In this document: positions 28,447-36,233 of the stretch, one piece after another
Position numbering within the stretch: the first letter of the stretch is position 1
Layout: every line of letters starts with the position of its first letter
Source of the DNA: a virus
UHGV virus genome: UHGV-0174959
Length of the DNA stretch: 39,373 bases
Direction: 5' to 3' (one strand)
Translations under genes and position numbers: made by a program
Notes under the pieces: generated by a model
Seen by the model: the letters and a program-made list of their open reading frames with translations, nothing else
What the model was told of the DNA's origin: nothing
The model's database searches: none

Positions 28447-28875
28447 TTGCAAAGAAAAAGGTCATTTTTATGCTTGTTGCCGCTATTATTGGCGGCGTTT
28501 TTATTTGGTGGCTTTTCAGTGAAAGCGGCTCCGGTGACATTGACGGCGGAGGAATGGCAGACGCTAACGCACGAATTGAGCGCGCTCGAGACGAGAACGA
28601 ACGAGCGGCAGATGTTAATAAACGAATTGAAGGCAGCGTCGGGCGGCTTGAACACGAGCAACAGAGAATTGAAAGCGGAGCTGGAACAGTTGAAAGCGTT
28701 GCAGATCGAGCAACGGCGGTCCTTGATGCAGACAGAAAAAGCATTGAAAGAATCCGAGCAGTCGTTGATGCGGTGGAAAAAAGACGAGTTGAAAAAGCGA
28801 ACGAGCCTTGAGCATAAAAAACGAGCGTGGCAAATTATAGCGGTAGCCGCGGTAATTGCGGCGGCGGTTAAATAG
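28447..28875 (+). CDS. Spanin-like protein: signal peptide, coiled coil, C-terminal hydrophobic tail
   Basis: TTG start after AAGGGGTGA RBS. SPI-like VKA|AP site, heptad-rich middle and WQIIAVAAVIAAAVK end. Lies after the endolysin. Confidence 0.65.
   Translation: MQRKRSFLCLLPLLLAAFLFGGFSVKAAPVTLTAEEWQTLTHELSALETRTNERQMLINELKAASGGLNTSNRELKAELEQLKALQIEQRRSLMQTEKALKESEQSLMRWKKDELKKRTSLEHKKRAWQIIAVAAVIAAAVK
28470..28811 (+). CDS. i-spanin-like protein nested in another frame (start uncertain: 28437, 28446 or 28470)
   Basis: Open frame 28371-28811 with N-terminal TM (MLVAAIIGGVFIWWLF) then a coiled coil. Rz/Rz1-like overlap. Confidence 0.55.
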   Translation: MLVAAIIGGVFIWWLFSESGSGDIDGGGMADANARIERARDENERAADVNKRIEGSVGRLEHEQQRIESGAGTVESVADRATAVLDADRKSIERIRAVVDAVEKRRVEKANEP

Positions 28876-28878
28876 CGT

Positions 28879-28921
28879 TACTCGAAAGTTACTTGAAAGC
28901 TACTCGAAAGGTACTTGAAAG
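28879..28921. repeat. Four tandem 11-bp repeats
   Basis: TACTYGAAAG at 28879, 28890, 28901 and 28912. Confidence 0.9.
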
Positions 28922-28926
28922 CGCAT

Positions 28927-29004
28927 AAAGAAAACAAGCCATGACACCTTTGTATCATGGCTTGTCTCGGTCTGGTTTGTAACGTACACGCCCCAGCTCC
29001 ATCG
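28927..29004 (-). ncRNA. Putative small RNA 3
   Basis: Minus-strand TTGACA(29039-34)-17 bp-TACTCT(29016-11). Terminator stem ACAAGCCATGA/TCATGGCTTGT (28934-65) plus U tract, with no credible ORF between. Confidence 0.6.
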
Positions 29005-29086
29005 GTAGCCAGAGTACCAGAATATATAAATGTTGTCAAACACAAGCGGGCGGTAAAGTAGTGTTTGATTTCGCACATCTCTAAAT

Positions 29087-29123
29087 AAAAAAAGGAGCAG
29101 GATTTTTATCTGCTCCTTTTTTT
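29087..29123. terminator. Bidirectional intrinsic terminator
   Basis: AAAAAAAGGAGCAG-gatttttat-CTGCTCCTTTTTTT between the convergent lysis and integrase transcripts. Confidence 0.85.
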
Positions 29124-29134
29124 ATTTGAAATAG

Positions 29135-29365
29135 TTTTCCCCCATTGTTCCCCCACGGAAATATGCAAACGGCAGCAAACGCCTATTTTCGGGTCTTTTT
29201 TAATCTGTTCTTCTTATCGAGATCATATAAATATTACCGTTTCCGTTTTAGCCACACGAGATATATAACGCCCACAATGCCCGCCGTTGGGGGCTTTTTT
29301 ATTTTCGTTTCTTCTCTACCGTCTCCATTTTCGCCAGCGAATTTTCCCCCATTCTTCCCCCACGG
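29135..29365. other. attP region with integrase arm-type sites
   Basis: 24-bp direct repeat TTTTCCCCCATT(G/C)TTCCCCCACGG at 29135 and 29342, each a tandem TTCCCCCA pair. They flank about 180 bp immediately downstream of int. Confidence 0.7.
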
Positions 29366-30511
29366 TTACATTGATATCTCATCGAGCTTGTCGGCGGCGT
29401 CACGATGCATTTTTTCACTTGCATGCGAATAGACGGCGAGCGTCGTTTTTGGGTTGATATGTCCGACACGTTCCATGATCGTTTTTAGTGGAACGCCTAA
29501 CTCCGCCAATAAAAATATATGAGTATGGCGGAATACATGCGTTGAAATATGACGCGGCAATTTAAGCGATCGGAGCGTGCGGTTTATGTTGGAAAAGCGG
29601 ATAGGGTTGCCCGTGGAAGTCGTAAAAAAGTAGCCTTTTTCCGTGTATTTTCGTTTACCCCATGCGGCCGCCGACTTCATGTTTTCAATGCGGATCTGTT
29701 TCAAAATTTCAATAGCGCGACTATTGAGCGCTACCGTCCGGAAAGATGATAGCGTTTTCGGCGGCGTTTTTATTTCGTTAGCGGAAAGCCTAACGGCCTG
29801 TGAAATCGTGCCGTTAATATCAATGTTTTCACCGTCAAAATCTTGATACCGGAGCGCGGAACATTCGCCGACGCGTAAGCCGGTAAGCGCGATAAATTCA
29901 AGCATAAGGGCGTAACGCGGTTTTATTTCATGTACTTTCTGCAGTACTTCCGCTAATTCTTCACGCGTTAAAAACTTTTCCCGCGCGCGTTTTACATCGT
30001 CAACTGTTTTTGCGCGTCCGGAAACGGTCATCTCGTGGATAAAACTTATATCTGTTATATACTTCATTCGTTTAGCGTACTTCATGGACTGCTTGAAAAA
30101 TGAGGCGGTCATGCCGACAGTAACGCCGGATAAGTCGCGTATTTTAATAAACGACTTTTGTATAATCGGTAAGGTAAGCGCCGGCACTAAAATGCCGTCG
30201 GGAAATATCTTAATTAGCCGCTTGATATAATCCGCATGCGCACGCCGTGTTGTCGGTCTAACATCAGGCGCGCGGTATTCCGCATACTCTTTTACCAGTT
30301 CCGCGAGCGTGATATTCTTTGCCGCTTTTGTTTCCTGAGCCTCGTCGATTTTCTTTTGTAATTCGGCGGTTGCCCATTTCATGGTCGCATTCGTCTTTTT
30401 ATCCATTGTCACGGACACGCGGCGCCGCCTTCCGGTTAGTCGGTCAACATACGTTTCAATGGCACGGTAAGAGATCCGGCCGCTTTTTGACTTCCGTTCC
30501 TCGATATACAT
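29366..30511 (-). CDS. int: Tyrosine integrase
   Basis: TGLRVGE, K (PKT), HVFRH, VGH and catalytic Y (AVYSH), with an N-terminal arm-binding domain. Confidence 0.95.
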   Translation of the reverse strand: MYIEERKSKSGRISYRAIETYVDRLTGRRRRVSVTMDKKTNATMKWATAELQKKIDEAQETKAAKNITLAELVKEYAEYRAPDVRPTTRRAHADYIKRLIKIFPDGILVPALTLPIIQKSFIKIRDLSGVTVGMTASFFKQSMKYAKRMKYITDISFIHEMTVSGRAKTVDDVKRAREKFLTREELAEVLQKVHEIKPRYALMLEFIALTGLRVGECSALRYQDFDGENIDINGTISQAVRLSANEIKTPPKTLSSFRTVALNSRAIEILKQIRIENMKSAAAWGKRKYTEKGYFFTTSTGNPIRFSNINRTLRSLKLPRHISTHVFRHTHIFLLAELGVPLKTIMERVGHINPKTTLAVYSHASEKMHRDAADKLDEISM

Positions 30512-30544
30512 GGCTTTTCCTCCTTATTATGATATAATTAAACA

Positions 30545-30658
30545 TACAGAAAACACGCCCAAACGGGCGGTTTACTGTCCGCGTCGCCGTGTTGTGTACA
30601 TCTCCTAATGTCACGGTTGGCGCGTCTCTCTGCGGGACGTTGGTAGCGTCCCGCTTTT
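30545..30658 (+). ncRNA. Putative antisense RNA to integrase leader
   Basis: TGaTATAAT (30530-38) on + strand and terminator GCGGGACG/CGTCCCGC-TTTT (30632-58). Confidence 0.45.
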
Positions 30659-30665
30659 AATTTAT

Positions 30666-31082
30666 TTAATTATTTAGTGCTTGTTTCGGTTTTGAAAATA
30701 AAATCATCAAAAATGATATTGGTGCGCCAAATATAAACAATGTCAACAGTGCCATTATTGTTGATTTGATCGTTGACCATTTAAGCGAGCGGCTATAAAA
30801 GTAAGTAAAAACAGCGTTAATTATTACTAGATCTAGCGCTAGCCACCTGTAAAACGCGCTATACTCAAAGGCGGTTGCGTTGAATCGGTGTCCATACGCT
30901 GACGACCAATAGCTCCCCGCAATGGCTAACAACACAAAGAAAATAATAGCCACGGCGGTTTCTATTAAGGCGTAAGTGCGTTTTGAATAAAGTGGTTTAT
31001 TCGCAAGCGCTTGCTTTTGATACTGACTGTATATCGCATAAGACGCGCCAATAATAACAGCCCACTCCAAAATAGTATCCAT
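30666..31082 (-). CDS. Multi-pass membrane protein in immunity operon (superinfection exclusion/defence candidate)
   Basis: About 4 hydrophobic segments, located between cI and int, ATG 31082 after AAAGGGGGG, lower GC. Confidence 0.7.
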   Translation of the reverse strand: MDTILEWAVIIGASYAIYSQYQKQALANKPLYSKRTYALIETAVAIIFFVLLAIAGSYWSSAYGHRFNATAFEYSAFYRWLALDLVIINAVFTYFYSRSLKWSTIKSTIMALLTLFIFGAPISFLMILFSKPKQALNN

Positions 31083-31118
31083 TTTTACGTGCCCCCCTTT
31101 ACATGCGCACAAAAATAA

Positions 31119-31760
31119 TTATTTAATAATACTCTGCTTGATGATAGCGCGGCCTAATATACGGAAGTCGTCACAGTTATTGGCGTTGAATATCATAGGT
31201 GGATAAGCTGGATTTTCTGACTGCAAAATAACGCTTTCCCCGTTATGATAGAAGCGTTTAAGAGTAACGGCGTCGCCGTTGATGCGCACGACTACCACTT
31301 GACCGGATTCCGCCTCATTTTGCGACTTAACAAAAACCGTGTCGCCGTCGTAAATTCCTATGCCCGTCATACTGTCGCCGGTAACACGTAAGCAAAAATC
31401 GGCGTTTGCCGTTGTTCCGACATAGCCTTCAAAATGTTCATCTGACAATATCGGTTCGCCGGCGGCGGTTGTCCCTAATAAAGGGACTTTTTTTAATTTC
31501 GGCACGAAAATATTCGGGTCGTCTGGTATTGAAACAGTCTTGCCCTTATCTTCCAACAAGTCCGATTTATTAATTTTGAAATAGTTGGCAAGTTGTTCAA
31601 CAACACCCATGCGCGGCAAAGACTTTTGAAGCAGCCACTTGCCGACGGTGCTTTCAGATACGCCAACAATGCGGCTTAATTCTACGTTGTTAAGGTCGTG
31701 GACTTCCATATACATTTTTAAGTTGCGGCTAAAAATAGCGCGAATTTCAGTCTCTAACAT
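31119..31760 (-). CDS. cI: CI-like repressor (XRE HTH plus LexA-type S24 peptidase)
   Basis: HTH NVELSRIVGVSESTVGKW, Ala-Gly cleavage site (AAGEP), GDSM serine and TLKR lysine. Confidence 0.93.
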   Translation of the reverse strand: MLETEIRAIFSRNLKMYMEVHDLNNVELSRIVGVSESTVGKWLLQKSLPRMGVVEQLANYFKINKSDLLEDKGKTVSIPDDPNIFVPKLKKVPLLGTTAAGEPILSDEHFEGYVGTTANADFCLRVTGDSMTGIGIYDGDTVFVKSQNEAESGQVVVVRINGDAVTLKRFYHNGESVILQSENPAYPPMIFNANNCDDFRILGRAIIKQSIIK

Positions 31761-31785
31761 ATCTAGATCCGCTCCTTTTATGGAT

Positions 31786-31814
31786 AGTATAGATTAAAAT
31801 TCTTGAACGGTCAA
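31786..31814 (-). promoter_or_regulatory. cI promoter
   Basis: TTGACC-17 bp-TATACT on the minus strand. Confidence 0.75.
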
Positions 31815-31844
31815 TATTTTTTTGAAAAAAGTAGAAAAAAAGTC

Positions 31845-31873
31845 TTGACTAGCACAAAATTCTAGATTATACT
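31845..31873 (+). promoter_or_regulatory. Early lytic promoter
   Basis: TTGACT-17 bp-TATACT. Confidence 0.8.
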
Positions 31874-31904
31874 ATAACCAAGATAAAGGAACGGAGGTGA
31901 AAAA

Positions 31905-32102
31905 GTGCAAATTTCATTACGAGCGGCGCGCGTAAATGCCAGCCTTACTATTAAGCAAGCGGCGCCAAAAATCGGTATCGGTAAGGACACTTTAATTCGG
32001 TGGGAAAAAGAGCCGTGGCGTGTAAGCGCATTGTTCCAGCAACGAATTTCGCAAGCCTATAAGATACCGATTGACAATATTAATTTTTTGCCTAAAAACT
32101 AG
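31905..32102 (+). CDS. cro: Cro-like HTH regulator
   Basis: SLRAARVNASLTIKQAAPKIGIGKDTLIRWEK, divergent from cI. Confidence 0.88.
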   Translation: MQISLRAARVNASLTIKQAAPKIGIGKDTLIRWEKEPWRVSALFQQRISQAYKIPIDNINFLPKN

Positions 32103-32141
32103 AAAAAAATTCTATAACAAGAAATAAAAGGAGGCGTAAAC

Positions 32142-32423
32142 ATGCAGGAAATTATGGTAGTAGACGGTCCGGTGTCTGTTCCGGCAAAAGACATTTGGTG
32201 CAAGACGGGCGGACTGAAAAAGTTTGTCGGACTTGGTCTTTCGACGATCCGCGCGCATGTGGCGGATATGGAAGCTAGCGGCGCATACGACGATAAAATC
32301 ATCGTATATCCGGGCGGTATGCGGCTGGTAAATTTAGCAGCGTTCATTGATTATCTTGTAGCAACGCAGAGCGTAAAGGCGTTAAAGGTGGCGAAAAGAA
32401 ATGAAAAAGAAGATGCGGCGTAA
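32142..32423 (+). CDS. Putative excisionase / winged-helix DNA-binding protein
   Basis: HTH-like GLGLSTIRAHV followed by RLVNLAAFIDYL wing, located after cro. Confidence 0.55.
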   Translation: MQEIMVVDGPVSVPAKDIWCKTGGLKKFVGLGLSTIRAHVADMEASGAYDDKIIVYPGGMRLVNLAAFIDYLVATQSVKALKVAKRNEKEDAA

Positions 32424-32670
32424 AAAATTGACCGTCATTGAAAAAATCATGTTGGCGCTTATCTTGTTGGGCAAGAATTGGCGGACCATCGGCGCGGCTA
32501 TCGGCGGGGCGCTTATGTTAATAGGCGCGGCGAACTTAATCACGGCTGACGTTGCGTTATATGTTGATTATTTTGTGGCGCTTGCGTACCTTGCCAAAAG
32601 TTGGGGCGCAATTATCGGCGGTGGCGTCCTGATGAGCCTATGCGTTGACTTTGAGGAGGTAGCGGAATGA
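32401..32670 (+). CDS. Hypothetical membrane protein
   Basis: Basic N-terminus plus hydrophobic segments, coupled to neighbours. Confidence 0.65.
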   Translation: MKKKMRRKKLTVIEKIMLALILLGKNWRTIGAAIGGALMLIGAANLITADVALYVDYFVALAYLAKSWGAIIGGGVLMSLCVDFEEVAE

Positions 32671-32897
32671 TTGACGTTGAAAATCCAATGGTTATCGAGC
32701 GCCGGACGGCGCCGCGGCCGCAAGTGTACAAAGTCAACGTCAAGGCGGTTGTTTACGCCACAATTGACATCGTCGCAAACGACGAAGAAGAAATTGACCG
32801 AAAAATTGACAGTTACGCGGACAGCATTCTAGCGGAGGCGGACAACTGTGAAATAGACGGCTGGGAAGTTGTTTTCTGTGAAGATGCGGAGGACTGA
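32667..32897 (+). CDS. Small acidic hypothetical protein
   Basis: GAGGAGG RBS, ATGA overlap. Confidence 0.7.
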   Translation: MIDVENPMVIERRTAPRPQVYKVNVKAVVYATIDIVANDEEEIDRKIDSYADSILAEADNCEIDGWEVVFCEDAED

Positions 32898-32900
32898 AAA

Positions 32901-33203
32901 ATGACTGAAATAAAAAAAGCGTCCGCGGGAACGGACGCACAAAGCAATGTACAACAAAATTATAGCATAGAAAAAGCAATCAATCAAAAAGTATTAGGGA
33001 AGTCAATAGCCGGCGAATTAGCCGCCTTTGAGGCCGTCGGGTTGCACTTGCTAAATTTCTATGAAGAGAACGACGTTCTCGACGAACAGGCGATCAAATA
33101 TATTCACGGGCAAGGCGAGGGAATGTTGAAAGTAGTAGACAGAATGAACGCGCTAATAGCACAACTTATCAAGGCGGAGGCGGACAACAATGCGCATGTA
33201 TGA
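32901..33203 (+). CDS. Hypothetical protein
   Basis: GGAGG RBS, operon spacing. Confidence 0.65.
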   Translation: MTEIKKASAGTDAQSNVQQNYSIEKAINQKVLGKSIAGELAAFEAVGLHLLNFYEENDVLDEQAIKYIHGQGEGMLKVVDRMNALIAQLIKAEADNNAHV

Positions 33204-33678
33204 ATTGACGGAAATGTACAAAGGGCTGCAATTCGCGCTGGAAAATGAAGAAGTCACACCGGAAGAAGTTGCCGACACGTTCGCCGCAATAAATGACGCT
33301 ATAACCGTAAAGGTTGATGCGTTATCGGCGATCTATTTGGAGGCGCAAGGCGACGAAGTAAAAATTGACAGAGAAATAGAACGCCTAAGAAAGCTAAAGG
33401 AAAGGGCAGGACGAACAAAAGAAAGGGTGGCAAACATTGCCGCCAATTTCTTAACAACAATGGGCAAAGACAAGGCGAAAGGCGATCAATTTACATTCAA
33501 GCGTCGGAAATTTCCGCCGCGCGTTGTGGTAGCAGATGAGCGGTTACTACCTAAAGAATACATCAAAGAAAAGATAACGACGAGCATCGACAAAATTGCA
33601 ATCAAAAAAGCGTTACAAAGTGGCGAAGAAGTCACGGGCGCAAGTTTAGAACAACGACAGGGGGTCGCATTTGAATGA
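33190..33678 (+). CDS. Siphovirus Gp157-family protein
   Basis: MYELT start, coiled coil, IDKIAIKKALQSGEEVTGASL C-terminus. Confidence 0.85.
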   Translation: MRMYELTEMYKGLQFALENEEVTPEEVADTFAAINDAITVKVDALSAIYLEAQGDEVKIDREIERLRKLKERAGRTKERVANIAANFLTTMGKDKAKGDQFTFKRRKFPPRVVVADERLLPKEYIKEKITTSIDKIAIKKALQSGEEVTGASLEQRQGVAFE

Positions 33679-33848
33679 CGGGGGCAGAAATAAAAGCGCG
33701 GTTAGCGTTTGCAAACGAAGTATATAGCGGCCTTGTGCGGGCGCGGTTAAACGCGGAAAAAGAAGAAATAAAAGGACTTGAAAAAGCAATAAAGGTATTA
33801 ACTGATGTAGTTATGGAAATGGGGCGAAGTGATGAAAAAGGTCGCTGA
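33675..33848 (+). CDS. 57-aa hypothetical protein (absent from ORF track)
   Basis: MTGAEIKARLAFANEVYSGLVRARL...; ATGA overlap with the upstream stop, fills the gap. Confidence 0.6.
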   Translation: MTGAEIKARLAFANEVYSGLVRARLNAEKEEIKGLEKAIKVLTDVVMEMGRSDEKGR

Positions 33849-34422
33849 AAAGCTAGCGCAGATACAGACGAAATTAGCAGTGCCAAAAGGGCGTGAAAAT
33901 ACATTCGGAGAATTTTTGTACCGTAGCGCAGAGGATATTTTGCGAGCGGTTAAGCCGTTACTTGCTGAACGCAACTTATTACTAACGCTAAACGACAGTA
34001 TTGAAATGTTGGGTAATCGGTTCTATGTAAAGTCGACGGCTAGCCTTACTGACATAGAAACGGGCGAGGAGATCACGGTTCAAGCAATGGCGCGCGAGAC
34101 TGAAAGCCGTCCCAAAATGGACGATGCGCAAGTCACGGGCAGCAGTAGCAGCTATGCGCGGAAATATGCGCTATGTGGCTTATTCGCTATTGATGATAGC
34201 AGCGACGATCCCGACGCACAGAACAACAGCGAAATGCACACAGCTGGTATTACAAAGGACACGCTAAGACAAATAGTGGCAGTTGCAAAGGCTAAAAATA
34301 TCAATCCACAGAACATGACGGCGATCATGTTGTCGGAGTTTAAGGTAAAACGTAGCCCGCACTTAACGGAAGAGCAAGGGCGCGCGCTGCTTAAAATTTT
34401 GAACGAAATGGCGGCTAATTAA
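33832..34422 (+). CDS. erf: ERF-family single-strand annealing recombinase
   Basis: YRSAEDIL and QVTGSSSSYARKYALCGLFAI motifs. Confidence 0.9.
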   Translation: MKKVAEKLAQIQTKLAVPKGRENTFGEFLYRSAEDILRAVKPLLAERNLLLTLNDSIEMLGNRFYVKSTASLTDIETGEEITVQAMARETESRPKMDDAQVTGSSSSYARKYALCGLFAIDDSSDDPDAQNNSEMHTAGITKDTLRQIVAVAKAKNINPQNMTAIMLSEFKVKRSPHLTEEQGRALLKILNEMAAN

Positions 34423-34763
34423 TGGAGGCGCCGCAGTCTACTATGAAACGTCTAATGGCGCGCATGAACGCGCTATTGGACGAGTTGGAAAAGTTGGGCG
34501 TACAGGCCGCGCAAGCAGAATACGAATACAGGCTTGCGGAGGCGAAAAAAACGCTCATTTTACGCGACGAAGGCTTTCCGGCGACACTTATACCAACGCT
34601 AACAAAAGGCGATGAAAAAGTGGCAAAAATGCGGTTGTCGCGTGACGTTGCGGAAGTACGTTATAAGGCGGCGCAGGAACGAATCAACGCGATAAAAAAA
34701 GAAATCAGCGTATTGGCGGAAGAGATCAACAGAGAATGGGGCAATGCTAAGTATGAAACATAA
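34422..34763 (+). CDS. Hypothetical coiled-coil protein
   Basis: TAATG coupling, helical. Confidence 0.7.
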   Translation: MEAPQSTMKRLMARMNALLDELEKLGVQAAQAEYEYRLAEAKKTLILRDEGFPATLIPTLTKGDEKVAKMRLSRDVAEVRYKAAQERINAIKKEISVLAEEINREWGNAKYET

Positions 34764-35073
34764 CAAAACGGCTAAAGACATTTTGTCAGAGGCGCAAAAG
34801 GCGGACTGTGTCGCCGTGAATAAGTGTATTATGCGCGAATTGGGCGGTAATGCGGCTTTGTTATATGCCCTTATGTTGGAGGCGCACGAAAGTGTTAAAA
34901 AGGGCGGCGACGCTGGAACGAGAAACACGTTACTCGGGCGCATAAAACGCGTCACGCGCCTTTCTGAATGGGATATGGCGTGCGCAATTGAAGAATTGGA
35001 GCGCGCCGGCGTTATAGATGATAAAGACGATAAATTTTGCATCTGCGTTATTGATAAAATCTCGGCTGAATAA
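34753..35073 (+). CDS. Hypothetical winged-helix-like protein resembling the initiator N-terminus
   Basis: VAVNKCIMRELGGNAALLY...LSEWDMACAIEELERAGVI. Confidence 0.6.
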   Translation: MKHNKTAKDILSEAQKADCVAVNKCIMRELGGNAALLYALMLEAHESVKKGGDAGTRNTLLGRIKRVTRLSEWDMACAIEELERAGVIDDKDDKFCICVIDKISAE

Positions 35074-35086
35074 ATGGACTGGAGCA

Positions 35087-35371
35087 ATGCAAAGTATGGG
35101 ATTTAAGCGTTTGTCGCCTTATAAGTACTCTAAATTGCGACGGCAGATATACGAACGCGACGAGGGGCAATGCGTAATCTGCGGAGGCGCCGGCGCGCAT
35201 ATTCACCACATTGTGTTCCGGTCACAGGGCGGCAAAGATGCGGCGGACAACTTGGTAACACTTTGCGGAAGTTGTCACGAAAAGGCGCACGGAATAGGCA
35301 AAAGCGCCTATACACAGAAAGAGATTAGGTCGCTGTTAAAAAGTTATGTTTGCGGGGTGAAGAATGGCTGA
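35087..35371 (+). CDS. HNH endonuclease
   Basis: RD..CVIC..HIHHIVFRSQGG..NLVTLCGSCH. Confidence 0.9.
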   Translation: MQSMGFKRLSPYKYSKLRRQIYERDEGQCVICGGAGAHIHHIVFRSQGGKDAADNLVTLCGSCHEKAHGIGKSAYTQKEIRSLLKSYVCGVKNG

Positions 35372-36233
35372 ACAGTCTTTATTTGTTGACATGCTCCGGG
35401 CGGGCGGTTCTATCGTGTTAAACAAAAACATGTTGTGGGCGATTGGTTATCCGGCGACGGCCGTTTATAGTGAATTGTTATCACGGCAACAGTATTTTTC
35501 AAAACATGGTGGACTGACCGAAGACGGCTTCTTTTTTAACACAATAGAGGACTTAGAGGCGGGTACTGCGCTTAGCAGATACCAACAAGAACAAGCAATC
35601 AAGACGCTTGCCGATGCCGGACTGGTTGAACAACGGAACGCGGGGTTGCCGATGCGGCGTTTTTTCAAAGTTAGCACGGACGAGAAGAAAGTAAAGGAAA
35701 TACTCAGAAAGGGGCTGGAAAAGGCCGAAAACGGGGCAGCAAGCAAGAATGCGAAAAACTCGCAAACTAGAATGCAAAAAACTAGCAAACTAGAATGCGA
35801 AAAACTAGCAAGTAATAATACTAACTTAATAATACTAACTAATAATAAGAACGTTAATACATTGTCGAGTTGTCAAGACGACAAGAAAAAAGTTAGTAGC
35901 GTTAAGGAAGTGGCCGGCGAAATTATTGACTACTTGAACGAAAAAGCGCGAACAAAGTACAGGGCAACAACGGCAAAGACGCAGTCACTAATTCGCGCAA
36001 GATTATCGGAAGGCTTTGTTGTTGGCGATTTTAAGACGGTTATAGATAAAAAGTGCGCGGAGTGGCAGGGGACGGAATGGGAAAAATTTATTCGTCCGGA
36101 AACATTGTTCGGCACTAAATTCGAGGGCTACCTAAATGCACGACAAACAAACAAAAGCGCCAACAAAAACGCAGAATTGTACGAAAAGGCGCTGGCGAAG
36201 GCGAGGGAGTTAGATGCAAGAAATCAATTTTGA
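35364..36233 (+). CDS. Replication initiator (N-terminal wHTH, conserved phage C-terminal domain)
   Basis: IIDYLNEKA...FIRPETLFGTKFEGYLN, with internal iterons. Confidence 0.85.
   Translation: MAEQSLFVDMLRAGGSIVLNKNMLWAIGYPATAVYSELLSRQQYFSKHGGLTEDGFFFNTIEDLEAGTALSRYQQEQAIKTLADAGLVEQRNAGLPMRRFFKVSTDEKKVKEILRKGLEKAENGAASKNAKNSQTRMQKTSKLECEKLASNNTNLIILTNNKNVNTLSSCQDDKKKVSSVKEVAGEIIDYLNEKARTKYRATTAKTQSLIRARLSEGFVVGDFKTVIDKKCAEWQGTEWEKFIRPETLFGTKFEGYLNARQTNKSANKNAELYEKALAKARELDARNQF
35746..35848. repeat. Replication origin iterons plus AT-rich repeats
   Basis: AGAATGCRAAAAACTMGCAA x3 at 23-bp period (35746, 35769, 35792), followed by TAATAATACTAACT x2. Confidence 0.85.

Larger units (their letters stand above)
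31790..32114. promoter_or_regulatory. Four 15-bp repressor operators
   Basis: TAGATTAAAATTCTT (31790), TAGAAAAAAAGTCTT (31832), TAGCACAAAATTCTA (31850), TAGAAAAAAATTCTA (32100). Confidence 0.75.

Noticed and set aside
29041..29085. tRNA/tmRNA 3' fragment as att core (GTGTTTGATTTCGCAC)
   Set aside because: No canonical GTTCRANTC T-loop or CCA end, and it lies outside the arm repeats
23246..29365. Diversity-generating retroelement, expected given the BPP-1-like structural genes
   Set aside because: No reverse transcriptase ORF and no TR/VR pair differing at adenines was seen
29145..29432. 95-aa plus-strand ORF across attP, and 66-aa minus ORF 28878-29078
   Set aside because: Low-complexity translations overlapping att repeats, terminators and promoter elements; no clear RBS
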